From NCBI GenBank assembly GCA_002633005.1, contig NMRA01000084.1:110320-174319 (forward strand): 64,000 bases of DNA, read 5' to 3'. Shown one piece after another: positions 26,053 to 39,617 of the stretch (the first letter of the stretch is position 1; each line of letters opens with the position of its first letter). Under the pieces are notes generated by a model. The model ran no database searches. It was not told where the DNA came from and worked only from the letters and a program-made list of their open reading frames with translations. The translations under genes and the position numbers were made by a program. The stretch is from Phoronis australis. Lineage: Eukaryota; Animalia; Phoronida.

Positions 26053-29000
26053 CTAACTACTTTTGTCTGTCTTAGAGCGCTTGTGCTCATCCGTCACCGA
26101 CAGGAATTGCACGAATTAAGTTGTCATCTGGTATGCCACTGATTGATTTGTGTATGGACTGGACTTTCTTAAGCTCGATTTATGTTCTCCAGAGATGAAG
26201 AATTCTACAACAAGGCATAGATTGTAGTCCCAGTGTAAAGTTACTCGTTTTCTTTATTTTGTGCATCTTGTTGTAAAGGATGTACTGCGAAGCCTTGTAG
26301 GAATATGAAGTCCCGATTTCTTAAGTTGAATAGGTGCAGTGTTTTGTAACAGCCTTGGGTAATATGACATGTATTTTTGGTTATTTCTGCGTATCTGTTT
26401 TGCTGATGTCTATCATTCATTTCTAATTCAGAGGACTTCTATCTGCAATTGTAAAACAGAAAAAAATGATTCTGTTAGTCAATATAAATGTGCGGGCACT
26501 GCAAATATTAAAAGCCTGGTTTCATGTTGGCTTTTAATTGTTCAGTTTAAAGTTTGCACTTGGCTTCATCATATGCATAATTAATTAATTTGTGAGCTGA
26601 ATATACATTTATTGAGCATACAAGTACTTAATGCTAGGTCGAGTGCAAGTTGTTACTGGAAATCTGATGTAACATTATCCCAAAACCTAAAGTTACAAAG
26701 CTAGGTCACAAATATTTATTTTTTTAGTGAGTAAATGTTGGCGGTGTTTCATTTTTGATAAAATTCGCTTATAATGGTTTATAACCATGACTCTCTACAG
26801 GTGATATGCTGTTAGCTATCATACAGTACTGTTTGAGCCCCAGTTTCATTGATTTTATTGAACATGTTTAAATTATTACTGATATATAAAGTTTTACTTT
26901 CTTTCGTTAAACTATTTCGTGGTTGTTGCATTTGTTAAAAGTTTGTAAATAGATATAACTGATACTGATGTGTGTTGTGAATAGTTTTGTTCATTTGGAA
27001 TAAGATACCACTGAAAGCAAGGTGGGTGCGAATTCAGAGTGGAGGGCCCAGGGAGAGGGGTGTTAACCTGCTACACATTCTCTGCCTCGTCTTCAACCTA
27101 GGGGTACTGTTTGCATCGTATGGTTGTCCATTGTCCGCTTTCAGTCTATTCTTATGCTTTCATCTGCTAGAACACACTGGTGCAGTATCTGACCTCTGCC
27201 CAGAGTGACATCCCTACATTACCTTTCTTAGTCGTTCAGCTGAATTCTGCTCCAAATAAACTGTTGTTTCGCCGCCTTACAAAACGTTTATGACTACGAA
27301 TGGACAGCAATTTCAGGGCTGTGCCTTTTAATTCCTGCTAAGGCTCTCAAAACTCCACACATCTACCGATGTTCCTTACACAGAGATCACCTCGCCGACC
27401 ATATCCCCCCCCCCTCGATTCCACCGCTTCTAAGGGCCTTTGCATCACTAGGGCGATGATGTCTGAAAGCTGACAAAAGAACGGAAAAGGTGTTCTGAAA
27501 AGTCGAGGGTCGTGGTTGTGTTGCGCGAGGTTGCGTTTTATACAACAAACGGTGCATTGAACATATCTTATATTTTGCACAACAAATAAAAGTTCTGAAA
27601 TACCCATAAATTGTTAGTTCGTAACAACGAAGAAATCCTGAAAAATTTGAGCATTTATGAATATAGTAAAGTAATATGAAAATACGAACGCAACATTTCA
27701 AAGGGCCGATATATGTGAAAATAAAACATTTAACTCGATCGTGAAGGCCCGTGAAAGATTTTAAATACAATAAGTTTGAAATTACATTTATATAAAACAA
27801 CATTAAACAGTGCCGTGAATAATGTTTTTAAACGCTATACAAAATATTTAGCGGCATACTAGGCCAAAAAAGCAAAGTTGATTCTCGTCTTTACTACGAC
27901 TCGTTCTGAAATCAGAGTGCGCACAGTTTCAGCCAAGGTTTTTAAACGCCATGATTTACCGAAAGATGACTTTGAAAACAAATTATGTATCGTTATTGCT
28001 CCTCGGGGGTGGATTTTTGTGAGCAACTTAAACTAACACCGCACCACAGACTAGGAACAGAGACAATTACGCTTTTGTGGCCCTGCCTATAACAAACAAC
28101 ATTTAAACAGTAACCAGCGAAACGTTTCAAAACGTTATTTAGAATAACCCATAGGGTTTATTTCCGATTCTTTCTTAAAAAGTATATAACCTAGCTTCCT
28201 TCACTTTCTCGGTGTAGCAAAACATGTCTTTCTTATAACGACAAATTGATCAAACCAGATCCTTACATTTGTCTCGATGAGCAAGTTCCAACGCGCTGAA
28301 CCGATTGAGGCACAACTGCTAAGTGGAGCACTGCGATTCATGTAAAAATGCTCCGAGCTTCGCCACATTGTTTACAGAAAACGCAAATGTTCTACAAGTA
28401 AAAAAACTTGACACGGTTCCCTTTGAAGGTTGGAAACAACCAGGTTTGACACCATCTCCTTGTCTTGAAGAGTTACCATTGAAAAAGACATATCCAACTG
28501 TCAAAAGCTCTGGTTTGCCATTTCAGGGGAGACCTAATACTATACATTCACACATGTGGGTCAAAAATGTGACACACGCTCCTAATCCAAGATTTAAATA
28601 TGAGAGCACGACTCCCCTTCTTGCAATTGAAGACTAGAAATACTGATCTGTCAGAAAACTGAATTCGTAGTTTTCTAGACGTTCAGTTATTGCTTGCCTT
28701 CAGTCATCAAACTGGTACATCTTGGAAACCCGGTATACACAGGCCTTATACACATACAGTGTATTGCAATTAACAGGTTCTGGACCCATCCAGATGTTCG
28801 ACGTGTAATAGTTTAGTACGGCAATGATGGAAACACCTTTTCTTCCAACGCTTTGTCCGTAAACCTCAATCTCTGTTGGACAACAAGCAACAATCCTCAT
28901 AAAATTAAATAAGTTTAAGACACTGTTATGATGGACACTTAATCAGAGATTTTCAACACGACAGCTAGCTGAATGGAAGCCAGGCGAATGCTGGAATTGT

Positions 29001-30192
29001 AACACAAACATAATGTATAAACGTGTAATGACGGGTAGCGCAATACCATTTTCGCCACAGTATTTTTTGTACAGTGAATCAAAGTAATGTTCTTATCACA
29101 AACACTCATCACGTGGAAAAGTAAATAAAAATGACTTGTTTCCACTATGCGGGTTCACATTTTTAAATAATCTTCACAATAGCAGCACGAAAAATGAACT
29201 TAATCGCGAATTTCTCACGAGTTACTTAGACGACAAGCAACTTAAAAAAGTCAATACAGATGCTCAAAGCACCAAATACATACTTGTACAGTGATGCTTA
29301 AGACCTAATGTTTAGCCGTCGTCTGGGCGAAGTTCACAATTGTTGGAAACTCAGTACGGGTGCGGCACTGTAAGCCGAGATCTGGTTTGAACTGTAAATT
29401 GCATGTTTCGTATTTGCCAACAAATAAATTCTCGGTATTCCACAACGTAGCCGGCCAATTAACAGCCGCACTGAGATGATGTTTCGATTTTCATTATCGA
29501 AATTTCTGCCACTAAAACAATGATCGCATCCCTAAATTTTTCGCAATGAATTGTGAGACCTTTTCTCATATCCAGCCCTTAACTTACACATGTTATCTGC
29601 ATTTGACACCGACATACACCAGCGCTGTGACAAGAAATGGAAATTCCACACTCGTGCAAATGCAGGATGACGCTCACGTGCTTATTAAAATGTTGCTAAC
29701 TTAGAATGACGGTATAAGTCTAAATAACGCATTATTGCAATTCAAGTAGGTACCGGTAAAAATGTCACGAGCTTTGACTTTGAAAATCCTTAAGTTATGA
29801 ATATCTCGGTTAAGGGCGACCTGAAAATGCCAGAGATGAAATCTACGAAATTGACTTTTGTAGGACCAGCCACAACGATCCTGTAACGGAATGTAACGTA
29901 TCTAATGTGGGGCATCTACTTTTGCTCGTAGTGTGGCGCAATTCGGCAGGTGTGCTAATCGACAATTTGAATTAGACTTTTGATCAAGAAATTGTGCGAT
30001 CTAAAAATCAATCACATTTCTTACAATTCGGCGTTTGATACTTGATTAATGCCGAAATTTCTCTGAAGAAAGCGACAAGTCGCCTAACCTGCTTTCAAAT
30101 GTCCCAGCAAGCGATCCGTCGCCACTGAAGAGTAGGCTAGACACCCCGAAACTTGTACGATTTTAAGGCACGAACTGGCACGCAGCTCTGCC

Positions 30193-30495
30193 CACAGACG
30201 TCATCAGCTTCTGATCGTCCCCAATACACTACATGTATATAGTAGAATTACCGTAAACGTTCGTGTTAACGCCCATGCTCAGTTAACCGCCCACCCCCTA
30301 CTTTAGGAGGATTTTCGATTTAACCGCCCACTGCTCGGTTAACCACCCATCTGCGATTTTTGAAGATTTCCAGTTAAGCGCCCACCTCTCGGTTAAGCGC
30401 CCATCCCCGACTTTTAAAGATTGAAGATTTAGCGCCGAGTGCAACGCAAACGTATATAGTGTATTGTATACGATCAGAGGCTGATGACGCCTGTG
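30193..30495. mobile_element. MITE with ~43-bp TIRs and an 8-bp TSD (hAT/P-like) enclosing the end of a pogo-like element
   Basis: CACAGACGTCATCAGCTTCTGATCGT..CAATACACTA pairs with TAGTGTATTG..ACGATCAGAGGCTGATGACGCCTGTG. Flanks GCTCTGCC / GTTCTGCC (7/8). Internal TACCGTA start and about six TTAA(C/G)CGCCCA-type repeats at 30250-30405. Confidence 0.8.
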
Positions 30496-30826
30496 GTTCT
30501 GCCATGGGAGTGAAGGCGAACATGGAACCGTTTAACCCAGGAATGCCGTGACCAACGTATTATATTATTAGAGCTTGGGACCCCGAGACTTGCCGAAAGC
30601 AAACAACTCTCATGCATGTGCACGGCACAACCTCAAACGTCGCAAGATCGGAGTTAGTGGCATTCCAGGCTAGAGTTCTATACAGCGAGGATATTAAAAT
30701 GTTTAAAAAATTGGCACGCATTGATTTGCGGTAAGCGAACGTGAATCGCACTAAAAGAACCTGCGCTGGTACACTAAAATGACATGTTTTGTTGCGCAAA
30801 GCTCAAGCTGTCGTAACGCTTTGTTA

Positions 30827-31143
30827 TCATTTTTCAGGATTTACCGGTACTGCTGTGAACGCTTCATCTCCATTCAGTTGGTTCATTGTTGATTTTGACA
30901 TACATTCATACCCATCATCACTTTTTGAGCTATTCGACTTTGATATTGACATGGAACATGATCGAAAAACAAAGACTTCCGTTTCATTCGAGGCATTTGA
31001 TCGAAGGAAGCGGCTTGGGAGGTCACGTTCTCTTCTGCTAGGCCTCTTGTTACAACAAACTATCCCGGTGAAGACAAAATAAATCCACGGGTTGCAGCAA
31101 CTGTTCAGGCTAGCCAAAAAATTGGCAACCACTTGCAGAGGAT
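30827..31143 (-). CDS. Vasopressin/oxytocin-type GPCR, coding exon 2 (TM7 and C-tail)
   Basis: Acceptor tttccag|AT is phase-compatible with exon 1. Encodes LASLNSCCNPWIY, the family hallmark, then a CC putative palmitoylation site and a Ser-rich tail. TGA at 30827-30829. An intron between TM6 and TM7 is typical of this receptor family. Confidence 0.95.
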
Positions 31144-31954
31144 CTGGAAAGATTATAACCAATTAAGACAAAAAATCTGCGTTGCGATCAAAAATATTAA
31201 ATGTGAAAATGCGCAATACAACTGAAGACTACTAGACTGCTTCTGCTCATGGAGCCATTTATAGAGCTACCAACTCACAAAGTGAACCTTCAATCACGAG
31301 TACTTTTTCAGTCATAACCTTCATGAAAACAGTCCTACGTTGACACCTAACCGGTAGAGCTAGGGCAACTCGACCGGTTTCCCCACCACAGAATCTGCCG
31401 GTTCAAATCAAATACACCATGCTGTTGTAGTTGGATTCTGATGATATCGTTATGTGACTACCATAAAGAAAATTTAGGGGCGACAATAGTATTTTTAAAT
31501 TTTGAAAGTTTGTAAATAGCATAAAATTTGAATAGTTTGTCAAAAAGCGCAGGTGATTAGGTTTTTGAATTATGATTTCAAATTGGACAATAAATGACTT
31601 TTATTACCCGAAACCTTTGTTTAATGTTACAATAAAATGGTTCGCATAAATTCTGTTGTGTGTGCAATATAATTGGGCCAATTACCAAACCACCAGGCAG
31701 CAGCTGGATTTTGAGGTAAGCTAAGTGTCATCGTACAATTCTTGTCGTGTAACCTCTGGTAGACTCAAAATGATATCCATAGTTGAAATATAGGTCATAA
31801 ATGTTTGATCCAACAAACAAACACCCAGCAAGCAATCAAAAACCTAGCCAGCCCACTTATTCGCAAAACTACCTGAAAACAATATAGTCATGAACCCATC
31901 CAAACAGCTATCTGCCGCCCATCTGTCAGTCAATCAGCCAGACAGTCTGCTCAT

Positions 31955-32385
31955 TCGTCCATCCGTCCGTCCACCCACCCATCCACGCATGCAAGTCTTC
32001 ATCCACTAGTTCAGCCACCCATAAAATCAACCAATCAATCATTCCTTACAACCACCCATCTATCTACCCATCCACCTGATTAGTCCTCCAATAACCCATC
32101 TATCCACCCACTTACCCACCCATCAAGCCGCCGCCCATGTATCCATCCACCCGTCTATCCATTCAACTATTCACTTATTGTCCACCCCATTCACTCATCT
32201 ATCCTCCCATCTCTCCATCCATCAACTCATCAGTCCATCCATGCATCCACCCATCCATCCATCCACCCAACCATACACCCACCTATCTACCCATCCACCC
32301 AAAAGGCATCCACCCATTCACCCATCCATCCACCCGTCCATTCATCCACCCGTCCACCCACCATCCATCTATTTATCCATCCCTG
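31955..32385. repeat. Degenerate (CCAT)n microsatellite in the GPCR intron
   Basis: Long run of ccat/ccac/ctat units. It explains the P/H/S/I-rich spurious ORFs at 32137 and 32178. Confidence 0.92.
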
Positions 32386-32456
32386 TCTATTTGTCAGATT
32401 TGCTTCAATTCATTTCACTATTACTTTTTTAATTGTAACGCTACCTGAAGACTTAC

Positions 32457-33417
32457 GTAATGCTTCCACTGGTCGCTCTGGACCGCCTAGTGTCCAGGTA
32501 TGGACAACGAAGTAGGGCAACCAGCAGAGTAAGTAGGTAAGCATAACAACGGCGCTAAGCTTGACTGTCTTCAACCTGGTTTTGTTGTAATTCGCAGTCG
32601 AGTGCACCCTGAGCAACCCTTCTCTTCCCTTGGTAGCGTTGTTGTTTCCTGGCGACTTTGGGCGGCAGTGTTGCCGTCTGCGACCATTAGTGTGAACGAC
32701 ATAACAAATTCGGCCGTAGCAAAAGGCGAGCAAGAAAAACGGAACAACGTAGATCATGCCAAGAAAATACATGACGTAAGCCATCCACATGTGCGTGGGG
32801 TGGAATTCAGCCCAACAGCGGTCTAACCGATTTTGTTTCATACTGATGTTGTCGTACCATTTCCAGACGACCAGCTGAGGTATCGCCATTAATGCCGCCA
32901 AACACCAAGCAGCAGCGATCATGACTTTGACGCGCTTCGCACTCCAGGACTGGTTCGCAATTGGATGACAGAGTGCAATGTACCTATCTATTGCAGTCAT
33001 GACTAAGATATATGCAGATAGATACAACACGTAAACCTGCAAATATGAAACCGCCTTACAAAGAAAGGCACCGCCACGGAACGGAAAGATGGCTTGTTTC
33101 AGGATTTCTGGTAGAACGTTGAAACCGGCGACAAGAATATCAGCGAGGCAAAGATGAACTATGAAATAATGCATTCGAGATAGTTTCTCTCGTCTGCTCA
33201 ACACAACGAGAGCAAACATATTACTTGCCACAGTAATAGCAAAGATAACAGACAAAACCGCGATGGACAAAGAGGCGTAATCAAACGTGTCAAACATGGT
33301 CATGCTGCTGTTCCATACTATATTAGTCGAAATGTTCAAGCTGTCTTGATTAGACGGGTACGGCAAGAGGACATCTTCTTCCAGCAGCGGCATTGTAGCG
33401 CTAAAACGTGAAAACAT
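32457..33417 (-). CDS. Vasopressin/oxytocin-type (conopressin/annetocin-like) GPCR, coding exon 1 (N-terminus to ECL3, TM1-TM6)
   Basis: ORF 32410..33438 contains SRMHYFIVHLCLADILVAGFNVLP, LCKAVSYLQ, DRYIALCHP, AIPQ, CWAEF, KTVK and CWLPYF. First ATG at 33417 (alternative at 33393) lies just after an acceptor tttgtcattaacag|G at 33425, which suggests an upstream exon. Donor C|gtaagt at 32457/32456. Confidence 0.95.
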
Positions 33418-36400
33418 CACAGTGCCTGTTAATGACAAATATCAACGGTTGCAAGCAATCGAAAACATTAATCGATTCTACATTGGGTTCACTGATAGTT
33501 TAGTCACAAAACGTGAAATTTGAAAAGGCTTGGGGTGCTAATGAAATCCCAGGGACGGAAAGTGATCAAGTCACACCCTCTTTAATTACAAGTACTACGG
33601 GCTAGCTCATTCAATTGACGCGAGGTTTAAGCTATCCTTCGCTCGACAACCAATTCAGCTCGTACTCTCGGACTGTCTGCTCTGACTCTTAAGCAAACAT
33701 TCAAGCATTAACCGCATATTTTCTAAAACAGAATTTAACACACTTCATTTACAACTTTTTACCCAATGTAAAATCCCGTAGATACGTAGCAAGCCCTAGA
33801 ACCACGATGGCAGCAGGAATCTCCTGCGTCGCCTCCTGAACTACCCGCATTGCATTGACGTCACACTTTAGGCTACGTCCCTTAGCAGACCTGTTGCAAC
33901 CAGACAACGTGGAACGAGTATTCTGTTCTCGGTTCCACTTATAAAACAAAACAGAAGATTGACTGAGAGCAAATTCAAAATCGTTTTTATAAATTAGTTT
34001 AGCAACTACACGGACGGACTATGAGCCTGAATTCACTTTCGTGTACCGCGGATTCATTCAATTAGGTGGTAGATACATGTACACAGTCAATGCTCACAAT
34101 TCACACTATACATTAGTACAAGCAACACGTTACTCATCAGTTATCGTATACATCGCGCCGTATTAAATAGGGTCATGTTTTAGAAACCATGTGAACACGA
34201 TAGGGTACAATTTTCGCCAGAAACTACAACGGAACGCGAGCGGAAGTTCTCGTTACGGCAAACTGTTTGGTACTAAAAATAGCTTTGTACTAGTCAAATG
34301 GTGTTGGTAACTAGGCAGAGTTACTTTACTGTAAATGTCTAGAAACTGCAACATGAAAGTAGCTGCACGATGAAAATAACGACATGATAAAGGTATCAAA
34401 TTCTTAATTAGTTAGGCATACAGTAAGCGTGCCGAAACTAACGAAGTTGAAATATCTGTTTTTGGCTCCTCATTAAATCCTAGACTCAGTGCTTTTCCTA
34501 ACAAGTTGTGAGTGCTATGGCAGTTACTATAAAAGCGTTGTAATATCATAGCCACCCCATATACGTTTAACATAATTTTACATAACCAGCGAAACAATAG
34601 TTATTCTATACGAACATCGCTCGTTCTATTGTTGTTATGCTCTTTATTTTGTCATTTACTCAATGCTAAACTAGGTCTTCAATTCTCGATTTTATGAGCG
34701 GTAGCAAATAATTGAACAAGTTCAACATGAGGAACGAGGGTGGTAAAACTCTAACCGCCATGGAAACCAGCTTCGTCTGCTTAACGTGGACTATGTCTTA
34801 TTTGATCTGCCTTCAAATGGTGAGCGTGGAATAAGTGTATCAATTAATGTGAGGTAAAGATAAAATGTCTGTTTTGATCCATTTGATGACCACATTACTG
34901 CATTTAAAGTAAAGAACCCTGCAGATGACGTTTCCGCTATCGCACCGGAAACTTGTTACAAAACAAGATGCTCACTGACAGACTGTTAAGAAAAAAGGAA
35001 AACAAAAGTACAAAGTACAGAACAGCATTCCAATGGGCCCCAATTGTTTCATTACTATTGCACAAACATAACAGACAATTGAATATAACAGTGCACGCGT
35101 AGGGGGTTGATTTCCTACAACTTGCCAAAAAATGAATCTGGACCCAATATAGTAAACCCTGAATTGTTACAAGCTAAAACAACGGTATGGCTCAAGGGGA
35201 AGTTCTCAGAGATAACGCGGGGTAACTCCAAACGCCAGATTGAGGAAAGGAGGAGGGGTGGAGGGGGGGGGGGTGCTTTCAGCTCTGGTAATGGCCAGCA
35301 GGTGGATACTCTCACGCCCAGCTTGGACAGAATAACATAGCACAACCGCTTTGAACAGGAAATTTGGTAAGTTCATTTCTCAAATTTATTAGTCTATTAA
35401 CACCAGGCTTTAGCTTATTTTCATTAGCATTTCGTTTCAGTCGTTTTTTTTCTCAGGTAAACCCAAGATTACTGTGTTGTTAAAAGAACAACAAGGGGTA
35501 TGTAGTGCAATCATGGTGGTCAACGATGAGCACTTTCGTGGAATTTTGTGGCGTACATGAGATATGATTGGCAGACTTTCCGGTCGCCAGTTCAGCAATC
35601 TTTCCACTAATGACTCAGTGGTCGATTTGTGTCAACAATTAAACTTACGGCTCATACAGAAATGATGTTCTGCTCGAGAATTAACTTTTTAACAGCAATT
35701 TTTGTTATTTCCGTCATCGTATTTGTTAACATCCTCATTTTAATAGTAATGATATATTTAATTTGTACTGTTCCTATTACTTTAATTAATCTTCTAATTA
35801 TTTACATGCATTTGTTATTTGTCAAATGTACTGCTGTAAAGGTAATCTTGTTCCTTACTCGATTTGAATGTGATTTCTTGGCTTGTCTGACAACTGAGAA
35901 TTTGTATTTGATATCGGAACTCGGTAATTTTACCTTCGTACCGCGCGTAGGTGTACATCTGTATATGTTTTGCGCGTCGAAAAGCATTCAGCGTTGGAAA
36001 TCCTGACACGAGGTTTTCGTCTAGATATTTTAGATCCAGCAAATTCATTTCTGACTAATAAAAGCAATAACCGTTTCAGGCAACTCAGTTACGTCAGGAG
36101 CTTACTACACGGACTAAACATGCAAGTCCAGTTCTGTTTAAACAAACCGTCACTGCATACAGTCGCGAGGAATTTGTGGTTTGTGGAGCAGTTATTGATA
36201 AGAAGGTCAAGCCGCATGGGAACATCTAGTGTTTCTCCAACAACTGATGGCTTGAAACAGCGAACCGATTTCCCGTAGCCTGTTGTGCGAAACCCTTGAT
36301 AAGGAATAGCCAAAGAAGACACACTACTAGCTAAAGATGGAGTTCGTTCTTGCAGTATTTTAGTCGGGTTGCAAATCAAATTAATGACTTTAAAAGCGAC

Positions 36401-37801
36401 GTGAATTGGCGCGCATTCTAATTTTTGTGCCGTCCCCATTTTTATTGTCGTTATTTGATATGCCGTATCGTTATCATCGTCATCATCATTTTCATTACAA
36501 TCACCAACGTCCTCCTAAGTATAATCGCTAACTTCATTATCATCGTTAACGTTAACACAAAGAACATTTCAAATACGGTTCCGCGCTTTACCATAAACTT
36601 AAAAGTCAATTAGGTCAAACAATCAAATGGAAACTTATGTTGTAATGTAATCAACTGGCATAACTGAGTTAGGTTTCGGAAGCAAGTGCGCTCAATCTTG
36701 CTTAATGAAATTACTAATAGGTGCGCGACTGCCAGGCTTTGCAAAAAGCTATTTTAGAGGTAATCGTGCGTGCATGTTCGACTGGTAGACAGTACAGCAC
36801 AGTATACGCGAACGAAAAGGATGTTATCACGCGCGCAACGGATACTACCTTAGTATCTCGTTTGAAGCAACGATGAAATGAATCATATTGTGATGTAAAT
36901 GCACAGAGACCAAATTTTTCATTTTTCGCTTATTCTAATACCATTCCATTAGTATTCAAGATGTCGGTCCCTGAAAGGTGAAAATTATTTAACAATTTAG
37001 AAGTAAACTACACAATCTGTTACATTCTGTATTAAACACAACAAATTTGACGCTTCTTGCACGGTTACTTCACCGGCGGGATATCATCTTTGCCACACCT
37101 GCGCATGCCTAATAATCTTCATCTCTCGCCAACCCTCTCGTTCATAATCCTGACAGCAACTCCTTGAAGACGGGACTGTTGCCAAGACAAGAATTTCAAG
37201 GATAGTTACGCTCTAGCAGTTTTCACAGCATAAATCATATATTCGATAAAAATTACAATAAAAGAACTTTCATCTAACTTCCTGAATTACAAACCACTTT
37301 GAGGTTGTGATGAAGCAGCTCCGTTTGTAAAATCTATTAGCCAATCTATAACTCCAACCTCAAGACTGTTTACACTGACTCGAGGTTTCCGTTGGCCAAT
37401 TCTCAAGAGATCTGGAAGTGTTACCGAGTATTCTTAGAAGAACGAGAAGGGGTATATGGTACAAACACATCATGTTTAATGATTGCAACTTTATGTAATT
37501 CTATTTGTTCCTTGATGCAGGGTGGGAGTTGAACCTTGGACCTTTTAGTCGTCAGTACATCACGCCGTCCACAAGACTCCCGAGTCATCTTTCAACTTCG
37601 TGGGGATTTTCCTACGATTAAACCTTCCTCTAGCCGGGTGTCGCTTGGCTACTTGCTAGACTGGCTGGAAACACTGCCATGTGTAGTTTCCTTGATCTTA
37701 CTTTTAGTCCAACCTATTTTACAGTCGAGTACCTGGATGTTCCCCCGCTGGATGTCATGCTGTTTTAAACTCTGACGTGTTGATATGCTCGGCTACACTA
37801 A

Positions 37802-37872
37802 CATGGGCGGCGCACCATAGTGGGCTGGGAGGGCCACAGCCCCTACTTTTTTTCAGTGATGCGCTGCCCATG
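37802..37872. mobile_element. 71-bp minimal MITE with CA...TG ends
   Basis: TIR CATGGGCGGCGCA / TGCGCTGCCCATG (12/13). Flanks actaa / cctaa. Confidence 0.7.
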
Positions 37873-38919
37873 CCTAAATGGCTATTGTCTTTTCTTGGGC
37901 AGTTGTAATCAGCAGTCCTGGTTTACTGGATTCACCACCTTCAAATAGGATTTGACGTTCTTTTTGTCCGTGGGCTGTTTTTGGGATTGATTTTGGTCAG
38001 TAGTCTACCAAGGATGTCTGATCGCTACAGCCACCGTTCTTATTTTGAATACCGTGAACAGAGAACTTAGTTTTTAGGAGATTGCAGAAATTTTGACAAT
38101 TAGTAAATACCCGGTGTAGGAAAGTTCGAGGTTTAAAAGGTTCATCAGTTTTGATCACATGCTTTTAAATTTTCCCAAAGATAAAATTCAGCGCATTCTT
38201 TACAAGTTTTGAGGATTCCACCCTCCTACCTTTTACATGAAGGTAAGTTTTGACGCGAAATCAAGTTAAAACCTGCTGATTTAAAATAAATATAAACCAT
38301 ACAACCGATAACCGAAATTCATAAATTCAATACATTGTATCTTCATGGCCATTGAAAATATGACCTGCATCAAGCCACAGTTGGTTCTTGTTGTTTTTCA
38401 ATTGCAGTCTAGGTAGTTATTGATGCGTGCTTAGTTGGAGTAAATGTTAATATAATCTAATTGATGGAGTTTTAAGCTTCAAATGCTGTTCAAAGCACTT
38501 GTAAATCCCAATTTAAAGCATTCAAATGTTCGAAAGATCTTTTATCATCACATCCCTGTGGTGAGGTCGACATGGCCTTGGTGCACAGGTCTATAATAAA
38601 TATACGATAGTCTTCATACATGTACAGCTAGCTGCTGACTAAGTTCGACATTGGCGATTTCAGCTTTAGCCACTTGTAAATGAATGACGTACTGTTTAAC
38701 TTGTTACTTTCTGTGTCGCGGCATTTGCGAGCTACGATTGAAGAAATGCTCGTTTTCATATTTGCGCTGTTAAACAGAGACTATAAAGTGGCGTTCTGTC
38801 AAAAGCCGACATTGAGTTAGTCTACTTACCGTTACAAAACTGGCCACAACGTGGCCGTTTCTGAGATGAGATATGATTTCAGGTCTTAAGAATAACTGAC
38901 AGTTCGCTACATGTATTTG

Positions 38920-39010
38920 TTGAGATCATGCCCGGCTACTAAAATGACACGTGGTGACAAGTCAATTTGAATAGTCGTATCTCAAGCAATAACAAACCGA
39001 CAAGCTCTGA
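38920..39010 (+). repeat. Diverged interspersed repeat with an inverted copy at ~46362-46452
   Basis: taaaatgacacg..aatttgaa.ag.cgtatctcaagcaataa matches the reverse complement of ttattgcttgagatacggctgttcaaatt..cgtgtcatttta. Confidence 0.75.
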
Positions 39011-39063
39011 ACAGTTTGACTACGAAAGAATTTAAAGACAGTTTCGTACCGATTAGTACATGT

Positions 39064-39222
39064 CAGTGGCGGATTTAAGGGGAGGCCAAGAGGACCATGC
39101 CCTCCAAAATTCTCCCATATTCCATTTGGCACCGCCGGGGGTGCGAATGTCTGACCTGCAAAATCCTGGCTAATACTCTGCTCTGCTCCCCTCCCTAACT
39201 CAAAATCATGGATCTGCCCCTG
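39064..39222. mobile_element. Short GC-rich hAT-like MITE
   Basis: CAGTGGCGGATTTA..GGGG at the left and ATGGATCTGCCCCTG at the right. Confidence 0.7.
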
Positions 39223-39617
39223 CAGGAGTAGTGTAAATCAAAACTTTTTTTTGTCGGGAAGCTGATTTTAGCCGTTTTAAATGATTAAACAACCAAGTTT
39301 TTCATCACTCAAATGCACCTTTCAGGTACTTTCATCAGTTAAGAGTAAAGAAAGAGACAATAATATAAGATCAATTCGTAACTTACAGTCCGTCTCGTAC
39401 GTTTATTTACATTTTTACTGGCATTGAGGCACCTTTCATGTTTTTGCTTACGTGAAGTCACTGCTCAGGTCAGATACAGGTTGGTCGATGTTCAACTTAA
39501 CGGCTGTGAACGGTAAAACAAAGACCATCAATGCAATTCTGTGCCGAATATTGCTCCAACAAAGGTGAAAATAGTTTCCTATTATATTATCCGGTTAACG
39601 CATGTAAATAAATCACT

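Noticed and set aside
28323-28637. 104-aa ORF between the two genes
   Set aside because: GTG start, no recognisable motif and no convincing splice sites. It probably falls in UTR or intergenic sequence.
30120-30160. CTGAAGA..CGAAAC resembling a minimal hammerhead ribozyme
   Set aside because: Stem II is mismatched and no helix I partner follows the putative cleavage triplet.
30478-30522. CTGATGACGCC..GGCGAAC hammerhead-like core
   Set aside because: It lacks the complete GAAA and the 5' half is explained as the MITE terminal repeat.
32137-32448. His/Pro-rich ORFs
   Set aside because: They are translations of the (CCAT)n microsatellite.
35629-36613. Hydrophobic ORFs that look like membrane proteins
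   Set aside because: They derive from AT-rich and (ATC)n-like low-complexity sequence and have no family motifs.
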